This document shows, piece by piece, positions 54,535 through 64,000 of a stretch of DNA of 64,000 nucleotides. The DNA is from Octopus bimaculoides (Eukaryota): assembly GCF_001194135.2 (NCBI RefSeq), contig NC_068983.1, forward strand, positions 23,809,751 to 23,873,750, written 5' to 3'. Both the position numbers and the translations under genes were made by a program. Under the pieces are notes generated by a model that was not told the origin of the DNA, did not search any database, and was given only the letters and a program-made list of their open reading frames with translations. Each line of letters opens with the position of its first letter. Position 1 is the stretch's first letter.

Positions 54535-54965
54535 TTTGTAGATCTTTCTGCTATTCCACAAGGCCTGAAATGTTTTCGATGGGGAGGTGCTAATCAATTA
54601 CATCAAGCCCCTGCATAACTGTTACCTATTTTACAAACACCAAAACGATGAAAGGTGGTCTCAATCTCTAGTATTCAAAAGTAATAATAATAATAATAAG
54701 AAGAAGAACCACAACAACAACAACAGCAATAATAATAGTTTAAAACTTTGGTAACTTTGGCCAGCAATTTCTGCTGAGGGAGTAAGTCAAAAACATCAAT
54801 TCCAGAGCTCAATGGGTACTTATTTTATCAACCCTGAAAGGATGAAAGGCAAAGTCAACCTCGGTAGAGTCTGAACACAGAATGTAAAGACAGATGAAAC
54901 GCCACTCAGCATTTTACCTGGCATGGTAGCAATTCTGCCAACTCACCACCTTAGTAGTAGTAGTA

Positions 54966-55023
<58 letters not shown>

Positions 55024-55081
55024 TGATAATGATAATAATAATAATAATGATGATGATAATGATAATAAAGATAATAATAAT

Positions 55082-55465
55082 TTGAGACAAACTTAGTAAA
55101 TATAAGGACCTGGAAATTGAAATACAAAAGATGAGTAATCTTAAAGCAAAAACTGTTCCTGTTATTGTAGGTGCCCCAGATATGATAAAAAGAGATGTCA
55201 GAAACATTTAGACAACATCCCAGGAGAACCATGTCTCAAGGAAATCCAAAAGATTGTGCTGGCCAGTACTGCCTGCATCCTTAGAGAAACCCTATCAGTT
55301 TAAATGTTTGTCTTGTATCATATGGAAGTATTTCTCTACTGCCCTTGCCAAGCTTTCAGTTATATTTCAACATCTATTAATCTTCACTTGTCCTAGGGCT
55401 CTAGGTGTGTTCTGGAAAGTGATTGAATCAAACAAACATGCAGATAAAAGTAAACAACAGTGATA
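55082..55465 (+). mobile_element. R4/Dong-like retrotransposon 3' end (family B), 5'-truncated, between (TAA)n and (AAC/AAT)n arrays
   Basis: DKLSKYKDLEIEIQKM...KTVPVIVGA, then after a frameshift KHLDNIPGEPCLKEIQKIVLASTACILRETLSV* (stop 55301-55303). Confidence 0.8.
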
Positions 55466-55707
55466 ACAATAACAGCAGCAACAACAATAAAAATAATAAT
55501 AATAATCCTTTATACTATAGGCACAAAGCCTGAAATTTTGTGGAGAGGGGACTAGTTGATTACATCAACCCCAGTGTTTCACTGGTACTTCATTGAACCC
55601 AAAAGGATGAAAGGCAAAGTCAACCTTCATGGAATTTGAACTCAGAACATAAAGCTGGACAAAATGCCGCTAAGCATTTTGCTCAGCATGCTAATGATTC
55701 TGCCAGC

Positions 55708-55769
<62 letters not shown>

Positions 55770-55774
55770 TAATA

Positions 55775-56270
55775 CCAGGCAGTGGCTCTCATGGCTTCTA
55801 ATCTTAACTGATTGAAAAGATTATCATGTACATTGTTTTGTCTTGGCATAAAAGGTGGGCGACAGCAAATATTCTGCTCAGTACCACAGATTTGCTTGTC
55901 AGTCACTTGACCTTAACCAATGAAGTACATCCCTTAGTGGTTGAGGATATGACCATCTCAACCTGTGTTGAGAGGAATTCTTCGAGAAGAATTCATGGGT
56001 GTTTTGTTCATAATCCTTAAACAAACCTTAATCAGGGACTTTTTTGAACAGGATGGGCTACTTAAACTGAAGAAAATTCTAACTGGGCCCTACCTGCTAT
56101 GTCATGCACTGTTCGTCTTGATATAAGGTCAGCATGTCATGCACAAATGGCTGTGATGCATGTGCCTGGTTTACCCTTATCATATGGATAGTCATGATAG
56201 GTATATATGGCTTCGTATATTTGTACTCCAGTGTCACTTGATGGCATGCATTGCTCTCTCACTCAATAAT
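55775..56270 (+). mobile_element. Non-coding element flanked by (AAT)n on both sides
   Basis: Starts ccaggcagtggctctcatgg after (AAT)n 55709-55770 and ends ...ctctctcactc-aataataat. Its 3' part recurs inverted at 57705-57840. Confidence 0.7.
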
Positions 56271-56713
56271 AATAATAATAATAATAAAGATGATGATGAT
56301 GATAATAATCATCCTTCCTACTATAGGCACAAAGTCTGAAATTTTGTGGGAGGGAACTAGTTAATTATATTGAACCCCAAAAGGACGAAAGGTAAAGTTA
56401 ACCTCAGTAGAATATTTGAACTCAGAATGTAGAGACAGATGAAATGCTGCTGAGTATTTCATCCAGCGTGCTAGTGGGTCTGCCAACTTGCCCCTTTAAT
56501 AATGATAATAATAACCCTTTCTACTAGAGGCATAATTTTGTGGTGGTGGTGGTGGTGGGTATTAGTCAATGACATTGACTCCAGCACTCATATGGTCCTT
56601 ATTTCATTGACCCCCCCCCCCTCAGAACACAAAGCTGGAAGAAATCCCACTATGCATTTTTGCTGTAATGGTAATAATTCTGTCAGCTCATCACCTTAAT
56701 AACAACAATGACG

Positions 56714-56774
<61 letters not shown>

Positions 56775-56819
56775 TCATAATAATAATGATTAGAATAATA
56801 ATAATAATAATAATGATGA

Positions 56820-58775
56820 TGCTTTCCTCATTAACAACTACATCTTCCCTGATGAACAAAAAAGATGTAAATGCTGGTTTTATGGATGCTGGATCAACTG
56901 TTAATTAACAAAATGATTCTTGAAGATCGTCACAGCAAGAACAAAAAAAAAAAAAGACGTCTCTCAGTGGCGCTGAGAAACCACAAGAAAGCCTTTGATA
57001 GTCTTCCTCACAGCTGGATAAAAGAATGCTGGGAGATGTTCAAAATCTCACCAGTAATCAGGAAGTTTGCATCTCACACCATGAAGCTCTGAAAACAACA
57101 TTAATTCTCAACACTGACACTACAAATATAAACATTGGACAACTCAATATTAATTGTGGAATCTTTCAAGGAGACTCATTATCTCCATTGTTATTCTGTT
57201 CAGCACTGTTTCCTCTAAGTAAACACCTGAAGGGAACAAAATGTAGAAACAGGGAATATGAAAAAAAAATCTGCTAATCATCTCTTCTCTATGGAAGATT
57301 TGAAACTGTTCACAAAAAATGTTCAGCAATTGCAAGCTCTCTTATATGCAGTCAAACATTTAGCGATAACATCAATTGGAATTTGAACTCGGCAAATGCA
57401 CCTAGGCTGCATTTACCAAGGGAAGACTATCAAACACATTCAGCATTACTATAGATAGAGACACAGAGACGAAAGAATAAGAACCTAAGGACAGTTATTT
57501 GTGCACAAGCACAGGTGCAGTGAGTAGTGCTTTTTACATGACACAAGCATAGGCGAGGTCAGTTTTGGCAAGGTTTTTACAGCTGGATGCTCTTCCAAAC
57601 ACCAACCACTTCACAGTGTGGACTGGGTGCTTTTAAGTGGCACCTGCATTGACAGGGTTACCAAGTAGTTGCAGTAGGAAGGATGATTATTATCATCATC
57701 ATCTTTATTATTATTATTATTGAGTGAGAGAGAAATGCATGCCATCAAGTGACACTTGCGTACAAATATACGAAGTCATATATACCTATCATGACTATCT
57801 GTCTGATAAGGGTAAACCAGGCACATGCATCACAACCATATCTATCTAAGGGCAGTAGATAAAAGAGATGGGATTAAACTCTCACTGATGAAAGGAAATA
57901 TAAGGAAGGAATATTATAGAAAAGTAAAAATCATTCTGAAAACTGAGCTGAATACCAAAAGCAAGATTGAGACCATAAACACACTGGCCATGCCTGTAAT
58001 CACCTACAGCTTCAATTTTATAAATTAATCCTTCTCTAAGGTCAACAAAGCTGGTGTCAAAATATGTAAGCTGATGACACTGCATCACTCCAAAGCAAGC
58101 ACAAATTGAATATATCTCCTGAGAAAAGAAGGTGGTTTGGAGTTGATACAATCTCAACTCTCATTAAAAATTGCCACCATAGGACTTTCTGCTTATCTGC
58201 AAAAAGCAAACGACAGGACGTTAAGGCTGATTTTGAGGCTTGAAGATACCAAAACGTTGTACTAGGTGACAAAAATGCAAAAATATACCTCTAAGAAATG
58301 CATCTAGATAAACCAGTACCTGAAGAAAATGTGCCCCAACAGACAAGGCAAAACAAATAAAACTATAGTTAAACTAGCCTGCAATACATTAAGGAGAAGT
58401 GTGAGCAAAGGCCACTGCATGGCAAGTACCTGAATAGAATTAGGGACCCTGATGTTGATCAAACCCTTACTCATCAGTGGCTCTAATGCACTTGTATTCA
58501 ACCAGAAATGGAGGGGTATATAATTGCTGCTCAGGACAAGTCCCTTCCATCTAGGAATTACCAAACTTATGTCCTGAAGCATGAAAGCAGCTCATCATAT
58601 TGCATATGCAGAGAGCACCTAGAGACAATTGACCACATAATCTCTGGATGCAGCAATATGGCACCAACAGAATACTTGCAAAGGCATGACAAGGCAGCTC
58701 AGTACATACACTGGCCAATATGCTGTGCATATAACCTCTCTCACAAAAATGATTGGTGGGAACACAAGTTAAAAA
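56820..58775 (+). mobile_element. R4/Dong-like RLE non-LTR retrotransposon (family B): RT and zinc-knuckle region, decayed, interrupted at ~57490-57840
   Basis: DQLLINKMILE...KKAFDSLPHSW; GIFQGDSLSPLLF; NHLFSMEDLKLF; EGYIIAAQDKSLPSRNYQ...CICREHLETIDHIISGC...YLQRHD. Begins directly after (AAT)n 56700-56820. Confidence 0.9.
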
Positions 58776-58779
58776 CAAT

Positions 58780-58890
58780 TCTAATTTCAAAGTTCTCGCT
58801 GTTTCTTCTTCAATTTTCACAGCTGTTGACAGTGTAATGCCAAGATAGGCAAAACCAGTCAGCTTTCTGAGAATTGTCATAATTCCATGA
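58780..58890 (-). mobile_element. Short RTE RT fragment
   Basis: FAYLGITLSTAVKIEEETART resembles RTE FxYLGSxLS...IDEEVxxRI. Confidence 0.6.
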
Positions 58891-58968
58891 CCTGAAGCTC
58901 TCTGTACAGGTTTCTAAACATAGACCGGTGTATAAATTTATTCTTCTTTACAGCTTCCTTTACTTTGT

Positions 58969-59198
58969 TATTTCTTTATTGCCCACACGGGGCTAAACAT
59001 AGAGGGGACAAACAAGGACAGACAAAGGGATTAAGTCGATTACATCGACCCCAGTGAGTGACTGGTACTTAATTTATCGACCCCCAAAAGGATAAACAGC
59101 AAAGTCGACATCGGCGGAATTTGAACTCAGAACATAACAGCAGACGAAATACCGCTAAGCATTTCCCCCGGCATGCTAATGTTCCTGCCAGCTCGCCG
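58969..59198 (-). mobile_element. Young tRNA-derived SINE with TSD
   Basis: Same family as 46688-46918. TSD cctt(t/c)actttgt at 58957-58968 and 59199-59210. Confidence 0.85.
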
Positions 59199-60658
59199 CC
59201 TTCACTTTGTGATGGCTTGGAGATGGTTGGCGTTGTATCATTTACATTTAATATAATACCTGATGCAAGGTGGCAGACTGGCAGACTTATAAGCATACTG
59301 GGAGAAATGCTTGAGAGCATTTTGTCTGTTCTTGTGTTCTGAGTTCAAATTCTGCCATGGTTGACTTTGCCTTTCATCCTTTTGGGGGGGGTCGATAAAA
59401 TAAGTACCAGTTGAACATTAGGGGAGGGGGGATCAATGTAATCGACTAGACCTCCTCCTCCAAAATTGCTGGCTTTGATGCAGATGCAGATGGTACAGCT
59501 GTTAAAACCTCCGTCAGCATTGCCGTAAACATTAAGCCTAAAATAAATTACATTCTCAAACTATCATTATTACACAAGCTTATGAGAAAGCCTCTATGTA
59601 GTCATCCAATCTGCTAGAAATAGCAACAGAATTCTCTTATTTATGAACATAATCTCAAAATACCTTTAAAAGATTGGATAGTCAAGGCTGGAAGGCTGTT
59701 TAATCATAGGTCTTAGTCAATATTGATCTGAATAAGCAATAAAACATTAACCGGCACATCGTCAGTTATGACGATGAGGGTTCCAGTTGATCTGATCAAT
59801 GGAACAGCCTGCTCGTGAAATTAATGCGCAAGTGGCTGAGTACTTCACAGATGCACATACCCTTCACGTAGTTCTCAGGGAGATTCAGTGTGACTCAGAA
59901 TGTAATAAGGCTGACCCTTTGAATTACAGGTACAACTCATTTTTGTCAGCTGAGTGGACTGGAGCAGTGTGAAATAAAGTGTCTTGCTCAACAACACAAT
60001 GTGTTGCTGGGAATTGAACTCATGATTGTAAGGTCGTGAGCCGAATGCCCTGACCACTAAAGCCATAATGTTAACAAGAATAAAAACAACCTACTGTACA
60101 TGCAAGATATTCATTGTTATATTTTTTTCATATCTTTTACTGGTTTCACTTATTGTATTAAGGTTATGTAGGACCACTGCCTGGAAGTATTTTATTATGA
60201 TATATTGTCTCGAGTTCTTCATCTGGTACTAGAGAGAATGCCATAAAGAACGACAAGAAAATCTATGCATGGTGCTAAAGAACGTGTAGCATGGCTAAAG
60301 CTAAGAACCACAAAACATTTTTGTGTTATGCATTGGTTTCCCTCAACCATACTTCTCCTCTTCTCTCCCTTATATTGATACCTATCTCTCTCTCTCTCTC
60401 TCTCAGTGTCTATCGTTCTCTTTCTGTCTCTCTATTCTTGATATCTATATATAAGGTGATAATCCAAGTTTTAAGTGTATTATTTTTGAAACTACACAAT
60501 AATGTATGTATAAATATTATTATATTGTGAATTCATTATGTTCATTTTATTATCAATATCAATATTTATGTTTATAAAATACATTTTTCATGTTGTAATG
60601 AAACAACTGTTACAACAGAATTATAAAATAATACTATAAATTCCAATCTTTTTTTATA

Positions 60659-61018
60659 TATGAGTTGCTTTCAAAAAAGTATCTAAATTTATTTTTCTTT
60701 CCAAAACTAATGCCACGTGGACAAAATCCTCTGAGTAGGAGGTGACGTCACCCTTCCTGCACATGCTTGAAAATTTTTGTGCTGGTAGGTTGTGTCAGTT
60801 CTTGGCTGTTATGCCTGGAGTAGAGACGTGTAGTGCACATTCGTCGGATTTTCGTTTTTTACCAAATGCATCGAGCAGAGATATTGCATCAAGTTTTGCC
60901 AAAAGCTCGGTGATACTCAAGCCCAAACCATCCAGAAGATTCAACAGGCTTTTAGCGATGATACCATGGGTAAAACTCAGATCAAAGAGTTGTACAACTG
61001 CTTTAAACATGGTTATGT
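60659..61018 (+). mobile_element. Mariner (DD34D-type) 5' fragment with N-terminal HTH
   Basis: IEQRYCIKFCQKLGDTQAQTIQKIQQAFSDDTMGKTQIKELYNCFKHG (one frameshift), matching the mariner EQRxxIKFCxKLG N-terminus. TIR-like TATGAGTTGCTTTCAAAAAAGTATC. Confidence 0.8.
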
Positions 61019-62073
61019 GTTCATATCATTTTAAATGATATGATCACTGGGCAATGGCCCAGTGGTTAGGGCAGTGGACTCACGGTCGGAGGATCCCGGT
61101 TTCGATTCCCAGACCGGTCGTTGTGTTTTATTGAGCGAAAACACCTAAAGCTCCACAAGGTTTCGGCAGGGGGTGGTAGCAACCCCTGTTGTACTCTTTC
61201 ACCCCAACTTTCTCTCACTCTTTCTTCCGGTTTCTTGAGTAAAGCTGTGATGGACTGGCGGGGAACACATATGCCATAGAAACCGGGAAACTGGGCCCAT
61301 GAGCCTGGCTAGGCTTTAAAAGGGTGCATAAATAAATAAAAAGTCATTTTGAATTAATCATGCATTATTTCCTAGGTTTGAGATTACACTGTAAGGTAGG
61401 TGCGAAAAGCCAGATCTGACCAGCTTGGAGATAAAACAGGTAGAATATTTTGGCTGGATTTGGCCAGTTTAAATGCTAAAGAGTTAAATGTTTGAATGTA
61501 TTAATGTGATTTTTCTTATACAATGCCAGATTGTCATGCTCACATACACACAAATGCACGTATGCAAAACAAATAAAGAAAAGAGCTGAATGTAGTTGCA
61601 TTTATTGGGTACTGGCCATATTTACTCAACTTGGGAATATAGCCAATGCTCATGATTCATTATAACAATCTGGAATGGCATGAACCACCACCCCAATGTA
61701 TGCACACGCACACACACACATACATGTACACACACATCCATGCTCACGCAAATTTAAATACAATGCCAAAGTAACAAGATCAATAATGTTTTCTCAATCG
61801 GAGCAAAACAGCAGCAAAATTGTAAGAAAGGAGTAAACCTTAACCTATATCACTATATCTTGCAAGTAATTATGACCAGGTAGCATGTTCTAAAGTTTTA
61901 GTAATTGTCTTATGCACCTGCATAGTCATGAACTTACATAGAAATCCTTTCGGTTCATCCACCTTTGATTCAACAGAACATTGAAATATGACAACTGGTG
62001 GGAGAGATGGCTGCACCAACAATGGGCTAGTACTCATTTTCTATTGAGTAGGCAGAAGCAATGTGAAGTAAAG

Positions 62074-62303
62074 GTGTCAAGCTGGCAGAAATGTTAGCAT
62101 GCTGGGTGAAATGCTCAGCGGTATTTTGTCTGCCGTTACATTCTGAGTTCAAATTCTGCCGAGGTCGACTTTGCCTTTCATCCTTTCAGGGTCGATAAAT
62201 TAAGTACCAGTTATGCACTGGGGTCGATGTAATAAACTTAATCCCTTTATCTGTCCTTGTTTGTTCCCTCTCTGTTTAGCCCCTTGTGGGCAATAAAGAA
62301 ATA
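62074..62303 (+). mobile_element. Young tRNA-derived SINE nested in an older SINE, perfect 20-bp TSD
   Basis: TSD agaagcaatgtgaagtaaag at 62054-62073 and 62304-62323. Confidence 0.9.
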
Positions 62304-63039
62304 AGAAGCAATGTGAAGTAAAGTGCCTTGCTGAAGGACATGATGTGTCACCCAGTCCAGATATTGAACCCATGACATTATAACCATGAGCTCAACATCC
62401 TAGCCACTTGGCCAGACACCATCAGGAAGAGAGGAGTATTGTCTGTTTAATCAATGGTAGTCTTTTATATATAGGGCCTCCATTGGTAAAGTAGTATCCA
62501 TATATGTGGAGTCTTAGGCAAGGATTTTTTTCTTTTTGTGGAAGACAGGCAGTGCCTATGCATGCAAGTCTCCCCTTTCTGCGAAACTAAATGAATTCAG
62601 GAGAAAGGCTACCATCTTAAAGTTGATACAGGTTGGTACATTATCAACACAGGTGTCACTGTTAGAATGTAAAAAGTTGGAACAGCTATCATAAGGCATC
62701 TAGTCTGTTCTGCCATTCCCTGTCTAATACTCTGGATTGACATTGCCACCAATGGATGTTTCAAATAATTTTCTATCCAATCAACATTTTGGAAGAATAT
62801 GGTAAAATATCTGTTACATATATGTTAGTTAATGATCAAAAGCAGTCTAAATGTGATCTTCCTGCCTTTTTATGAGGTCCGTATTATTTGTGTCCTTCAC
62901 TCTCTTAAGATATTAGGATGTGGTTTGAAGAAGATTGGCTGCCACTTCTAGTACATTGAACAACTGTCTTGCAGATTCTTATAGGCCATTTGTAATATAT
63001 GAATTAAGGATTTGCATTCTTAAGGATTTGCATTCTTAA

Positions 63040-63565
63040 GGGTTTGTATTCTCTCCCCACAATCCCAAGTTCAGCCATACTTTGTACCAGGTAGGTTGGT
63101 ATGAATCCTGTTTCTCCAATAATAATAGGTATGAAGCTGAAAGTGTATCTTAGGAACTGGATTTACAAACACCTTAGCAATGGTCCATAGATGTTCTCTT
63201 TCTCTTGTATTTTTCTTATTTCTTTATTGCCCACAAGGGGCTAAACATAGAGGGGACAAACAAGGACAGACAAAGGGGTTAAGTTGATTACATCAACCCC
63301 AGTGCATAACTAGTACTTTATTTAATCGACCCCGAAAGGATGAAAGGCAAAGCCAACCTCGGCGGAATTTGAACTGAGAATGTGAAGACAGACGAAATAC
63401 CGCTAAGCATTTCGCCCGGCGTGCTAATGTTTCTGCCAGCTCGCCGCCTTTCCCTTGTATTTTTCTAACCACATTCATGTCCAGAAGGTAACTGATTTCC
63501 ACAACAGAATATATCCTTTGTTTGTGGTTCCACACAATAATATCTGGCTGGTTGTGTTTTAACTT
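63040..63565 (-). mobile_element. RLE endonuclease fragment of R4/Dong-like family A, interrupted by a SINE
   Basis: KHNQPDIIVWNHKQRIYSVVEISYLLDMNVVRKIQ / EKENIYGPLLRCL...FSFIPIIIGETG. Homologous to 5650-5925. Confidence 0.75.
63217..63453 (-). mobile_element. Young tRNA-derived SINE with 13-bp TSD
   Basis: TSD cttgtatttttct at 63204-63216 and 63454-63466. Confidence 0.9.
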
Positions 63566-63686
63566 TGTGTCTATTTTAATTTTTAAGCTCCACCAATATT
63601 CTTTGGACTCGTTGGTCTCAATATGGTCAACTTCATTCGTAGGTATTTTCTTTTTTGTTATCCTGCTCTAGACTGTTCTGGCCACC

Positions 63687-63717
<31 letters not shown>

Positions 63718-63732
63718 TGTATGTATGTATGT

Positions 63733-64000
63733 TCAAAAGTATGTCTGTGCACACGTTTGAATGTAATGTATGCCAGAAGGCTTGCAAATCCAATGGGGGT
63801 CTTAAAAGACATGTTAAGATCCACAATGAGCAGAACTTACCTGCATGCATTGGTAGTTCAAATCAGAGGTGCAATCTGTGTGGGTGTTTTTTCAGAACAT
63901 TGTCTGGTTTAAAAAGCCACATCAGACGCCATGAAGGAGCTAAGGTGTATGTACAGGAGGTGGTCAAACTCTGTATAAGGAGTAGACAACCACCATGTAT
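63733..64000 (+). mobile_element. Fragment encoding two C2H2 zinc fingers, probably a LINE (RTE-type) 3' end between (ATGT)n repeats; open to the window end
   Basis: From ATG 63741: MSVHTFECNVCQKACKSNGGLKRHVKIH-NEQNLPACIGSSNQR-CNLCGCFFRTLSGLKSHIRRH...; no stop through 64000. Preceded by (ATGT)n 63688-63732 and ends in atgtat. Confidence 0.7.

Noticed and set aside
60795-61010. 71-aa minus-strand ORF
   Set aside because: Antisense shadow of the plus-strand mariner transposase fragment.

Overview
AT-rich, repeat-dense animal genomic DNA with ten N-gaps and no confidently identifiable host protein-coding exon. It looks like an intron or intergenic stretch. The SINE types and microsatellite load resemble coleoid cephalopod (octopus-like) genomes, but that taxon call is inference. 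The window is mostly tRNA-derived and RTE-tailed SINEs, plus decayed RTE LINEs, R4/Dong-like RLE retrotransposons (two families), a Penelope GIY-YIG remnant, DD37D (maT) and mariner transposon remnants, MITEs, an LTR-like promoter module and many micro/minisatellites. Nearly all ORF-track entries are spurious: they span gaps, read through microsatellites or lie in SINEs. The most notable signals are (1) two type I hammerhead ribozyme motifs 339 nt apart at about 11.5-11.9 kb (retrozyme or Penelope pLTR-like); (2) a ~190-nt fold-back with a 59-nt pre-miRNA-sized inner hairpin at 19.6 kb; (3) a (TAA)n-centred insertion hotspot with R4/Dong-like elements at 54.4-58.8 kb; (4) an intact two-finger C2H2 frame at the window end, probably a LINE 3' end; and (5) an RTE insertion with twin-priming-like 5' inversion geometry.
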